Assembly (NCBI GenBank): GCA_043823825.1
Contig: JBDRTU010000048.1
Span: forward strand, 1-56,213
DNA: 56,213 nt
Direction: 5' to 3'
DNA from: Patescibacteria group bacterium
Lineage (GTDB): Bacteria; Patescibacteriota; Patescibacteriia; Veblenbacterales; UBA10138
Part shown: piece after piece, positions 44,521 to 53,151 of the stretch
Layout: every line of letters starts with the position of its first letter
Position numbering within the stretch: position 1 is the stretch's first letter
Translations under genes and position numbers: made by a program
The notes under the pieces: generated by a model
Databases searched by the model: none
What the model saw: the letters and a program-made list of their open reading frames with translations, nothing else
What the model was told of the DNA's origin: nothing

Positions 44521-44706
44521 GACCCCCATACCTAACAATATCACCCCTTGTTTAATTAAATCTTTGTCTTATTTTGTTAAAATCTACTATCTTTTAATCT
44601 AATACTGTTTAAAGTTAGGTGTGGGGGTGTACTTATCCACAAAGGATCTTTAATAAAAACTACTTTTAGGTAAAAAATTGCTGAAACTAGAGAATTTTAT
44701 TGTTTT

Positions 44707-44735
44707 TTGACAGACACAATATATAGCGTTATGCT
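44707..44735 (+). promoter_or_regulatory. nrdR/nrdJ promoter TTGACA-17-TATGCT
   Basis: Hexamers read directly. NrdR box 1 fills the spacer. Confidence 0.55.
44714..44729. promoter_or_regulatory. NrdR box 1 (ACACAATATATAGCGT)
   Basis: Matches the acaCwAtATaTwgtgt-type palindrome. It lies upstream of nrdR-nrdJ. Confidence 0.7.
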
Positions 44736-44746
44736 TGAAAAAGGAA

Positions 44747-44762
44747 CCACAATATATTGTGG
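44747..44762. promoter_or_regulatory. NrdR box 2 (CCACAATATATTGTGG)
   Basis: Perfect 16-bp palindrome centred 33 bp from box 1, which fits the usual paired arrangement of about three helical turns. Confidence 0.75.
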
Positions 44763-44789
44763 TTTAATAAAAAGCCTAACTAAGGCCCT

Positions 44790-45254
44790 ATGCATTGTCC
44801 GGCCTGTAATTATTACGACACTAAAGTAAATGATTCTCGTGTGTCTGCTGATGGTTTAACCATTAGAAGACGTCGGGAATGCGCTAAATGCGGTTTTCGG
44901 TTCTCCAGTATTGAAGAGATAGAAATTTTAGATCTGGCAGTGATTAAGCGCGATGGACGACGAGAACCTTATAGTAAAGAAAAAATTGAACAAGGACTGC
45001 GGCATTCATTGGAAAAAAGGTCTTTTACCCAAGATCAGTTCAAACGTCTAGTACAAAAAATTGAAAGGGACATTCAGAAGCGCCGTAAAAGTGAAATTAC
45101 TGCTCAAGATATTGGCGAGATTGTGATGAAATATTTAAAAAGTTTTGACGAGGTTGCCTATATTCGCTTTGCCTCGGTCTACCGATCATTTCAAGATGTA
45201 GAAAGTTTTAAAAAAGAACTCAAGGGATTATCTGCTAAGCGGAGAAAAAAATAA
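44790..45254 (+). CDS. nrdR: transcriptional repressor NrdR
   Basis: 154 aa. Zinc ribbon CPACN..CAKCG followed by an ATP-cone. Confidence 0.93.
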   Translation: MHCPACNYYDTKVNDSRVSADGLTIRRRRECAKCGFRFSSIEEIEILDLAVIKRDGRREPYSKEKIEQGLRHSLEKRSFTQDQFKRLVQKIERDIQKRRKSEITAQDIGEIVMKYLKSFDEVAYIRFASVYRSFQDVESFKKELKGLSAKRRKK

Positions 45255-45289
45255 TTAGCTGTATAATTTATTTTTCTTAACCTATTGCC

Positions 45290-47608
45290 ATGCCACAAAC
45301 ACAAATATCAATTAGTAAAAAAACCAAAACGATTTCGGATACTACCGATCAACCGCTAGCGCCGATTGGCAGATTGGTGCAGGTTGTTAAACGTGATGGA
45401 CGTGTGGCGGAATTTGACCATAAAAAAATAATCGAAGCTATTAGTAAGGCCGGGGCAGAAACTGGTGAGTTTAATCGTACCGAAGCATCACGCTTGGCTT
45501 ATAAAGTAGTGGAGCGTTTAGAAGAGATTTATGATGGTCATACCACCCCAACTGTTGAACAAGTGCAAGATATTGTGGAGTTGGTATTAATGAGGTCGAA
45601 GTGGTTAAAAACAGCCAAAGCTTATATTTTGTACCGCGAGGATCATTCTCAATTAAGGCGATTAAAGAAAAAAGTACCTGATAAAGTAAGGCAACTATCC
45701 CAGGAGAGTAAAAAATATTTTCGTAATCAATTATCTGAGTTTGTTTATTATAGTACTTATTCCAAATGGTTACCCGAAGAAGATCGTCGCGAAACTTGGG
45801 TAGAAACTATTAGCCGATATAATGATTATATGCGGGAAAAGCTGGTCACTAAGCTGACCGATGCAGAATATGATGAAATTAAGCAGGCTATGCTTAAAAT
45901 GGACGCTTTGGGTTCTATGCGTCTTTTATGGGGATCTGGTAAAGCCGCCCAAGCCACTAATGTTTGTGCTTACAATTGTTCCTTTATTGCCCCGATTTCC
46001 TGGCAGGATTTAGCTGAGATTATGTACATCTTAATGTGTGGTACTGGTGTAGGTTTTTCAGTTGAACGGCAAACCGTGGAAATGTTGCCGATTATTAAAC
46101 GGCAAACTGGTATTAAGCTTTTTACTCATGTAGTACAGGATAGTAAAGAAGGTTGGTCTGATTCTTTAGCTTTAGGTTTAACAACTTGGTCTGACGGCAA
46201 AGATATTGAATTTGATTATTCTAAAGTCCGTCCGCAAGGCGCAAGGCTTAACACTATGGGTGGTCGCGCTTCAGGCCCCGGACCTTTAAAGGCTGTATTG
46301 GAGTTTGCTAAAGAAAAAATGTTAGGGCGCCAAGGCCGGCATTTAACTACCTTAGATGTTCACGACATAATTTGTAAGATTGGTGAAGTGGTGGTAATGG
46401 GCGGCGTCAGGCGCTCAGCTTTAATTTCACTTTCCGATCTTGATGATCGTGAAATGCGAGATGCCAAGAACGGGCAGTTCTATTTAAAACATCCAGAACG
46501 CAGCATGGCAAACAATTCTGCGGTTTATAATGAAAAACCTTCTCTTACTCAATTTCTAGATGAATGGGTAAATTTAGTAAAATCCGGCTCGGGCGAACGG
46601 GGGATTTTTAACCGCGGCAGTTTAGAAAAGCAATTACCCGGCCGCCGCTGGCCGGTGCTAGAACGAGATATTCATACTACCGGCACTAATCCCTGCGGCG
46701 AGATTATTTTGAAAAATAAACAATTTTGTAATTTAACCGAAGTAGTAGCTCGCTCTGAAGATACCGAAGAAACACTGTTAAAGAAAGTAAGGATCGCGAC
46801 TATTTTAGGCACTTACCAGGCTAGCTTAACTGATTTTCCTTATTTATCTGTAGATTGGAAAAACCATTGTGAAGAAGAGGCCCTCTTAGGGGTTTCTATT
46901 ACTGGTCAATGGGATTGTCCGGCAGTTCGTAATGCTCAGACTTTGGAGAAAATGAGACAATTGGCCATTGAGGTGAACCGCGAGTATGCCAGACGCTTTG
47001 GTATAAATTCCTCTACTTGTATTACATGCGTTAAGCCATCGGGCAATGGTTCGCAGTTGTTTGATTCCTCTTCTGGTATGCACCCGCGGCATGCTCAATA
47101 TTATATTCGCCGTGTGCGTATTGAAAGTCATAATCCGTTGTTTATGATGATGAAAGATATGGGCGTGCCTTATCATCCCGAAGTAGGACAAGTTGCAGCT
47201 TCTGCTGCTACCTATGTTTTAGAGTTTCCTATTAAAGCGCCCAAAGGAGCAATTGTCCGTCGTGATGTGTCAGCCATGAAACTATTAGAGCACTGGAAAA
47301 TGCTTAAGTCGCATTTCACTGAACATAATCCTTCTACGACTATTTCAGTGGCTACGGACGAATGGTTAAAAGTGGGGAATTGGGTTTATGAAAATTGGGA
47401 TTTGGTTGGTGGCTTGTCTTTTTTGCCGCGCGATGAGCATGTTTATCAATTAGCGCCTTATGAAGAAATCAGTAAAGAAAAATACGAGGAATTAGCTAGT
47501 AAGTTCCCTGAAATTGATTTTTCTAATGTTGTTAGTTACGAGTACGAAGATCAAACTAAAGGATCTAAAGAACTGGCCTGTGTTGGAACATCGTGCGAGA
47601 TTAAGTAA
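45290..47608 (+). CDS. nrdJ: class II (adenosylcobalamin-dependent) ribonucleotide reductase with N-terminal ATP-cone
   Basis: 772 aa. ATP-cone VVKRDGRVAEFDHKKI, active-site TNPCGEI, and a C-terminal Cys pair CVGTSC. There is no NrdB or NrdG partner in the window. Confidence 0.88.
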   Translation: MPQTQISISKKTKTISDTTDQPLAPIGRLVQVVKRDGRVAEFDHKKIIEAISKAGAETGEFNRTEASRLAYKVVERLEEIYDGHTTPTVEQVQDIVELVLMRSKWLKTAKAYILYREDHSQLRRLKKKVPDKVRQLSQESKKYFRNQLSEFVYYSTYSKWLPEEDRRETWVETISRYNDYMREKLVTKLTDAEYDEIKQAMLKMDALGSMRLLWGSGKAAQATNVCAYNCSFIAPISWQDLAEIMYILMCGTGVGFSVERQTVEMLPIIKRQTGIKLFTHVVQDSKEGWSDSLALGLTTWSDGKDIEFDYSKVRPQGARLNTMGGRASGPGPLKAVLEFAKEKMLGRQGRHLTTLDVHDIICKIGEVVVMGGVRRSALISLSDLDDREMRDAKNGQFYLKHPERSMANNSAVYNEKPSLTQFLDEWVNLVKSGSGERGIFNRGSLEKQLPGRRWPVLERDIHTTGTNPCGEIILKNKQFCNLTEVVARSEDTEETLLKKVRIATILGTYQASLTDFPYLSVDWKNHCEEEALLGVSITGQWDCPAVRNAQTLEKMRQLAIEVNREYARRFGINSSTCITCVKPSGNGSQLFDSSSGMHPRHAQYYIRRVRIESHNPLFMMMKDMGVPYHPEVGQVAASAATYVLEFPIKAPKGAIVRRDVSAMKLLEHWKMLKSHFTEHNPSTTISVATDEWLKVGNWVYENWDLVGGLSFLPRDEHVYQLAPYEEISKEKYEELASKFPEIDFSNVVSYEYEDQTKGSKELACVGTSCEIK

Positions 47609-47629
47609 TTTAAACTGAGAAATTAAATA

Positions 47630-48184
47630 TTAGGAATCAGCATCAATTCGCCACAAAATTTCTTTTTTGCCTAGTTTATGATTAGCTTGTCGTGCCACCA
47701 TAAACAGCAAATCAGCCAAACGATTCAGATATTTAATTATTTCTGGCCTTATTGTTTCCACTTGGCCTAAACGAACTGTTGCTCTTTCAGCCCGCCGACA
47801 AATTGTACGTGCTAAGTGTAAGTGAGTAGCCAAAGGACTACCACCTGGCAAGATGAAGTTTTTTAAAGGCGGCAACTCTTTGCCGATAGTATCCATAGTT
47901 TTCTCTAAACTGGAAATAGAATCTTCAGAAATAAGTTTTAAATTACTAGACAAATTTCCTTCTGAACTCGCTAGCTCAGATCCTAAAACAAATAAATTTT
48001 TCTGAATATCTTCAATTAGTTTTTGACAGAATTCAGAGCCGGTATGATTAAGCACCACTCCTAGAGCAGCGTTTAATTCATCTACTGTACCATAACATTC
48101 AAGCCGCAAATCACTTTTTAACACACGCTTACCGCCAAAGAGGCTGGTTATACCTCGGTCTCCAGTTTTAGTGTAAATCTTCAT
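47630..48184 (-). CDS. pduO: PduO-type ATP:cob(I)alamin adenosyltransferase
   Basis: MKIYTKTGDRGITSLFGG... and ...ARTICRRAER. I chose the ATG at 48184. The 42-aa extension in the track overlaps the divergent gene. Confidence 0.85.
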   Translation of the reverse strand: MKIYTKTGDRGITSLFGGKRVLKSDLRLECYGTVDELNAALGVVLNHTGSEFCQKLIEDIQKNLFVLGSELASSEGNLSSNLKLISEDSISSLEKTMDTIGKELPPLKNFILPGGSPLATHLHLARTICRRAERATVRLGQVETIRPEIIKYLNRLADLLFMVARQANHKLGKKEILWRIDADS

Positions 48185-48207
48185 ATTCTTAATTTTAGCA
48201 CACCATT

Positions 48208-48672
48208 GTGAAACATAAAGCTTTATATATAATTGTTGGTTTGCTAGCAGCAGCAGGCATTTTTTTATTAGGAGCTTTGTATGGTCCGTCAATTTTAGGG
48301 CAACCTCCAATAGGATTTATTAAGACCCCAGAGACGCGTAAGGGTTTTGAGGAGTTTTTAATCGTAAACGTGCTTATTGACGATGGCAGTGTGATTACGG
48401 GGTATAAGGCGGGAACCATAGCACAACAGCAGAGCGTGCTTGAGGCACTTATTACTGCTACGAGTCAGAGCCAACTTAAACTAGACTACGACCCACCAGA
48501 GAAATCACCCTACGGCGCGTTTGTAAAGCAAATTGGGGATAAGAAAAACGGCGATAGTGGTAGATATTGGCAATATTGGGTAGGAAGTGATCAGCCGCAA
48601 GTTTCGGCTGATCGTTATGAACTTAAAGGGGGCGAAACAATTTTGTGGACTTTCCGCGAGTCAACATTCTAG
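48208..48672 (+). CDS. membrane-anchored DUF4430 (transcobalamin beta-domain-like) protein
   Basis: 154 aa. TM anchor, then ...SVLEAL...YGAFVKQIGDKKNGDSGRYWQYWVGSDQPQVSADRYELKGGETILWTF, which is the DUF4430 pattern. GTG start. Confidence 0.7.
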   Translation: MKHKALYIIVGLLAAAGIFLLGALYGPSILGQPPIGFIKTPETRKGFEEFLIVNVLIDDGSVITGYKAGTIAQQQSVLEALITATSQSQLKLDYDPPEKSPYGAFVKQIGDKKNGDSGRYWQYWVGSDQPQVSADRYELKGGETILWTFRESTF

Positions 48673-48704
48673 ATTCCAGATTCTAGATTCTTCAACTTAA
48701 CTTA

Positions 48705-49235
48705 ATGAAACGTAATTTACTCATCAGTATAATTTTAATAGTTCTGGTCGTGATTGGCCGCCTTATTCCTCATGTTTGGAATTTTACTCCAGTAGTGGCG
48801 GTGACGCTTTTAGCAGGTGCAGTGCTACCGCGATGGTGGGCAGTAGGCGTACCTGTGGTTGCTATGTTTATTAGTGACTTAATAATTGGTTTTTACCATA
48901 TGCCAATAATGCTCACAGTTTATGGTAGTTTCGCATTTGTTGCTCTTTTAGGGTATTGGCTTAAAAATTTTTCTCCTCATAGAATTGTAATGGGTTCGCT
49001 CGCTTCCTCTACTTTCTTTTTCCTCACCACTAATTTTGCTGTGTGGGCTGCCAGTACTTGGTATCCAAAAACCGTAGATGGTTTATTGCTGTCCTACTCC
49101 CTCGGCCTGCCTTTTTTTAGAAATATGATGATAGGGGATTTATTTTTTAGCGGAGTGGTGTTTGGGTTGTGGGTATTACTCCGTAGGCCGGTGATAATTA
49201 AAGCAAAATTATTATTAAACAAAAATTCGTCTTAG
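48705..49235 (+). CDS. small 5-6 TM membrane protein, ECF S-component-like (candidate corrinoid transporter)
   Basis: 176 aa. The N-terminal RLIPHVWNFTPVVAVTLLAGA motif resembles the DUF6580/ECF-S-like family as I remember it. It lies directly downstream of the DUF4430 gene. Confidence 0.45.
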   Translation: MKRNLLISIILIVLVVIGRLIPHVWNFTPVVAVTLLAGAVLPRWWAVGVPVVAMFISDLIIGFYHMPIMLTVYGSFAFVALLGYWLKNFSPHRIVMGSLASSTFFFLTTNFAVWAASTWYPKTVDGLLLSYSLGLPFFRNMMIGDLFFSGVVFGLWVLLRRPVIIKAKLLLNKNSS

Positions 49236-49244
49236 TTCATCGCA

Positions 49245-49832
49245 ATGTACTCTATGCAACCCCATAAACCAACCCCAATTTCTGAAATGATTACCCCAAC
49301 GCCTGCTGGTATTGTTATAACCCGCGCCATTCTACCTGATAAAAAAAGTGAGCAGGAAAAATCGGTCATGATGAGATTTATTGCTGCAATGAGACTTAAT
49401 CATAATCGAATTATAGAAAACCTTGAGCAACTACCGGAGAAAGATAATGATTTTGAGGGATTTGAGGACGGTTGGAAAATTAAATTTGAACTTGCCGAGA
49501 TTAATTTGAATAAAATAAAAAATAAACCTAGAAATAGCAAAGCGTTTGTAGTACAAAGGTATTCAAATTTTTTGCTACAATTTAATAAAGCTGATTTTGA
49601 CGGACTTCCATCGGAAGTTATTAACAAAAAAATATATAAATATAACCGCTCAAACGCATATAAGCTAATTTTGATCGTTTGGAGTGTCGATTATTTACTT
49701 TGGGAAGGTGATGAAGCGTTGGCATCGTTGCGAAGGGATTTAAGCACAAAAAATCCACAACCCTTTGATGAGATATGGTTTTATAATGTGATGCTGCTTG
49801 GTGAAGAATTGAAGCCGCTTAAAATTATTTAG
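49245..49832 (+). CDS. hypothetical protein
   Basis: 195 aa, AT-rich. No family recognised. Confidence 0.55.
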   Translation: MYSMQPHKPTPISEMITPTPAGIVITRAILPDKKSEQEKSVMMRFIAAMRLNHNRIIENLEQLPEKDNDFEGFEDGWKIKFELAEINLNKIKNKPRNSKAFVVQRYSNFLLQFNKADFDGLPSEVINKKIYKYNRSNAYKLILIVWSVDYLLWEGDEALASLRRDLSTKNPQPFDEIWFYNVMLLGEELKPLKII

Positions 49833-49863
49833 ACATCTTACTTTAAAATTTTTTCAACCATTC

Positions 49864-50499
49864 ATGGGAGCTGTAAAAAATATTATGGATAAAGCTAAAA
49901 AAATTTGTATATTCGGCGATAGTACTGCTTGGGGTGCGTGGGATACAGAAAAGGGCGGATGGGTAATGCGTCTTTGGTTAGCTGTGGGGCAGCGTAAAGC
50001 CGGCGAGTATATTAGCATTTATAACTGCGGCATTTCTGGTGGTACGACCACAGATATCTTACGGCGCTTTGAAAGTGAGGCCAAAGAAAGGCGGGCCGAT
50101 GCCTTAATATTTCAAACTGGCGGCAATGACGCTTCGTATCAGGGTGCGCCCGATAATTATCTTGTTCCGCCGAAAAAATTTAGAGAGAATGTGGCAGAAA
50201 TAATTAAGCGTGCCAAAAGAATAACTAGCCGCATTGTTTTCATACGCTATAAAAATTGTGATGAGGCGAAAACTATGCCCGTACCGTGGAATGATATTTA
50301 CTACACCAATAAAAATATCGAAAAGTATAATGCGATTATGAAAGAAGTATGCGAAGGAAATGATGTTATGTTCTTAGATATCAAGACGTTAGATAGTGTC
50401 GATTTTTATGATGGTCTACACCCCAACTCAGCTGGTCATGAAAAAATCTTTATTCAAGTAAAAGATTTCTTGTTAAAAAATAAATGGATTGAAAGTTAA
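49864..50499 (+). CDS. SGNH/GDSL-type hydrolase
   Basis: 211 aa. Block I FGDSTAWG, block III GGND and block V DGLHPN. Confidence 0.8.
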   Translation: MGAVKNIMDKAKKICIFGDSTAWGAWDTEKGGWVMRLWLAVGQRKAGEYISIYNCGISGGTTTDILRRFESEAKERRADALIFQTGGNDASYQGAPDNYLVPPKKFRENVAEIIKRAKRITSRIVFIRYKNCDEAKTMPVPWNDIYYTNKNIEKYNAIMKEVCEGNDVMFLDIKTLDSVDFYDGLHPNSAGHEKIFIQVKDFLLKNKWIES

Positions 50500-50520
50500 A
50501 CAAGTTCGTTCCAAATTTTC

Positions 50521-50731
50521 CAATCATTCAGGGAAGCTGGTGTGATTCCGGCACAGTCCCGCTACGGTAATTTCACCGTTTATTTTCATCTGACAAAAAA
50601 TGTCCGGCCGGACATTTTTTGTACTTTGAAATAACGGCGGCTAAGTCCGATTACTGAATTGTTTTCCAAATCCGCTTAAGGCGGATGCGGAGCCCTGAAC
50701 CCTACGTGGTTCATGGGGTGTACCTTTTTTT
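50521..50731 (+). promoter_or_regulatory. cobalamin (B12) riboswitch with terminator-like expression platform
   Basis: 50530-50570 reads AGGGAAGCUGGUGUGAUUCCGGCACAGUCCCGCUACGGUAA, which matches the conserved cobalamin aptamer core. B12-box-like AAGUCCGAUUACUG is at 50643-50656. P1 is 50521-50531/50654-50661. A downstream hairpin at 50693-50718 is followed by a T-run at 50725-50731. Confidence 0.8.
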
Positions 50732-50865
50732 ATCTTCCTTCGCGAGAGAGGAGATGGGAACTTTATTTTTTTATAGATAATTTATCCCCACTCTAGCGAG
50801 TGCTGATTTTGTATAAAAGTTTCCTTATTCTTAATTCAAATTAATAATTATTAACCAAAAAATAT

Positions 50866-52587
50866 ATGCCAAAAATAATATATGCACTCCTGTTACTCCT
50901 GACTATTACTTTAGCCGCTCCTGCGAAAGCGGACGTTGCTTCGGGAGTAGATTATTTAAAAACACAAACACAAGATGAATGGGTTACTATGGCGCTGGTG
51001 GCTGCAGGCGAAACTGATATTAGCACTGCATCTCTTAAAACCTTTAGCGGTAGTTTGGCCACTGATTATGCCAAGCGTATTTTGGCGGTCGTTGCAGTGG
51101 GGGAGAATCCCACCACTTTTACCGGACTAGATTTAATGGCTGGTCTACAAGCTATGGCAACAGATGGCCAATTAGGAAGTGCTGATTTATTAAATGATGA
51201 TGCTTGGGGAATTCTGGCTTTACGCTCAGCTGGATTGGCCAAGAATAGTCAAATTATTACTGATTCGGCTAATTTTTTATTAGACCACCAACAACTAGAC
51301 GGAGGCTGGAGTTGGAGCGCTAGCGGAACATCAGATACCAATGACACTGCGGCTGTGATAATGGCTTTAATAGAAGCGGGGTACCCGGCAGCGGGTCAGG
51401 CTATCACCGACGCTGTGGCATATTTAAAATCCACACAAAAATCGGACGGCGGTTGGGCATATGAGCCCATCTGGGATTCTGATGCCGCTTCCACCGCTTG
51501 GGTGATAACGGCTTTAACAAAAATAAGCCAAACTGTCTCTATCTGGTCCACTGACCAGGGAAATCCAGCAGAATTTTTACTTTCTTTGCAAACTGACAAC
51601 GGTTCTTTTAAATGGGTAGCGAGCGATACTGCCGGTTCTGCCAGCATCACCGCCTTTTCTATTATTGCTTTAGCCAATGCTTCTTTTCCAGTAAAAATGT
51701 TTTACCCAAAGCCTTCGGGCGGTGGTGCCGCATCCCGGCCTCGGCAAGTTGATTTAATAGTATCGTCCTCTACCACTACTCTTGAGGGTGCGGTTGGTGA
51801 TGAGTTAGTTTACACAGTGACAGTGGCCAACCAAGGCCCAGATGCAGCTAACGACGTAGAAGTAAATAATTTAGCTGGGGATTTAAATGCCTCGGTAGTA
51901 TCGGTAGGCACTGGTAGTTACAACGCGGACACACGAATTTGGTATTTGGATTCTTTGTCGGTCAGCCAAATCCAACAAGCTACTATTAAATTAGTTTTAC
52001 CCCTAAGTGCAGATTTTAATTGGGACATTACTACATCCTCTGCAGGTGAAGATGTTGATTTAAGCAATAATAGAATATCTTTAGCCCTTAAAGTGGCAGA
52101 GCTAATAGAACCCACTCCTGAAAATAGTCAAGTGCTGGGCGCAACAATTTCTACTTGCGATTTACCAGATGTGGCTGGCGAGGCTAACCTATTATTTATT
52201 GGGTATCCATTAAAACCAACTGAAGGAGGAGAGGTGTGGTATTACGACCCAGTTAGTTTAAAGCGATATTGTTTACCAGATGCTAAATCAGCATACCGCG
52301 CGCTAGAGGTTTTTGGTTTGGGAATTACTAATGAAAATTTAGCCAGGATACCAACCGCCGTTGAAGGGGATAAGGAATTATCAGACGCTGATAAAAAATT
52401 AGTTGATAGGTTGAAGGGTAGAATATTGCTCCAAGTGGAATCACTAGGTGAGGCTTGGTACGTTGACCCCAGGGACGGTACTCGGCATTATCTACCAAAC
52501 GGCGAAACGGCGCTTAATACTCTGACCATGCTTTCTCAGGTAGTCCCTGGGCGGCAAATATTCCCTATTTCAGTAGGAGAGTTTTAA
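50866..52587 (+). CDS. secreted alpha/alpha-toroid (prenyltransferase/terpene-cyclase-like repeat) protein with DUF11-like domain and LLQVE-GEAWY C-terminal modules
   Basis: 573 aa. Signal peptide. Repeats LDGGWSWSASGTSDTNDTAAVIMALIEAG, SDGGWAYEP...AASTAWVITAL and DNGSFKW...ASITAFSIIAL. DUF11-like segment VYTVTVANQGPDAANDVEV. The C-terminus has EVWYYDP... and GRILLQVESLGEAWYVDP. Confidence 0.8.
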   Translation: MPKIIYALLLLLTITLAAPAKADVASGVDYLKTQTQDEWVTMALVAAGETDISTASLKTFSGSLATDYAKRILAVVAVGENPTTFTGLDLMAGLQAMATDGQLGSADLLNDDAWGILALRSAGLAKNSQIITDSANFLLDHQQLDGGWSWSASGTSDTNDTAAVIMALIEAGYPAAGQAITDAVAYLKSTQKSDGGWAYEPIWDSDAASTAWVITALTKISQTVSIWSTDQGNPAEFLLSLQTDNGSFKWVASDTAGSASITAFSIIALANASFPVKMFYPKPSGGGAASRPRQVDLIVSSSTTTLEGAVGDELVYTVTVANQGPDAANDVEVNNLAGDLNASVVSVGTGSYNADTRIWYLDSLSVSQIQQATIKLVLPLSADFNWDITTSSAGEDVDLSNNRISLALKVAELIEPTPENSQVLGATISTCDLPDVAGEANLLFIGYPLKPTEGGEVWYYDPVSLKRYCLPDAKSAYRALEVFGLGITNENLARIPTAVEGDKELSDADKKLVDRLKGRILLQVESLGEAWYVDPRDGTRHYLPNGETALNTLTMLSQVVPGRQIFPISVGEF

Positions 52588-52770
52588 GTAATCCCATCAC
52601 CATCAAACAGCAATCCTCCCCCTATTCGCGCGAATTAGTGATAGGTTATTAATTTAATAATTTATTAATTATGATACGGCCTTTTTCTTTATTAAGAGTC
52701 TCTCTTAGCTACTAACTTTAATTTTTCATTACGGTTTGCTATACTAGAAACTAGATTAAAATCAGCTTAT

Positions 52771-53115
52771 ATGACTCACGACCCCACGCTTACGCCTAAT
52801 CAAGAATTCAAGGAATTACTAGAGGAAAATCTAAAATATTCTAAGGAGATTTTAAAATCCACGGAAAAGATTAGGCGTTATATTTTAGTTAAGCAGGTTT
52901 GGACCTTTGTTAAAGTAGTGGTTATTATTGGTTTGATTGTGCTGGGTGTGATTACCATTCGTCCATTGTTGGATAAAGCATTTTCAACTTACCGCGAACT
53001 ATTAGGTACGGGTGAAGCAATTAAAGATGCCAGCCAAGGTCTTGATGCTGGTCAGCAGCAAGATTTGCAAAAATTGCTGGAGCAGTATCAAAAATCTGGC
53101 GCCAGCCCTAATTAA
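52771..53115 (+). CDS. hypothetical single-TM protein
   Basis: 114 aa with a central TM helix. No family recognised. Confidence 0.55.
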   Translation: MTHDPTLTPNQEFKELLEENLKYSKEILKSTEKIRRYILVKQVWTFVKVVVIIGLIVLGVITIRPLLDKAFSTYRELLGTGEAIKDASQGLDAGQQQDLQKLLEQYQKSGASPN

Positions 53116-53151
53116 TAAAAATTTTATAGAGCTTACTTATTAGTATGTTTT

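Noticed and set aside
50593-50622. The palindrome as simply the terminator of the SGNH hydrolase gene, with no riboswitch
   Set aside because: The conserved cobalamin aptamer core lies upstream of it and the B12 box lies downstream. The flanking sequences (50574-50592 and 50621-50637) pair around it, so it is structurally part of the aptamer's peripheral helix. A dual role remains possible.
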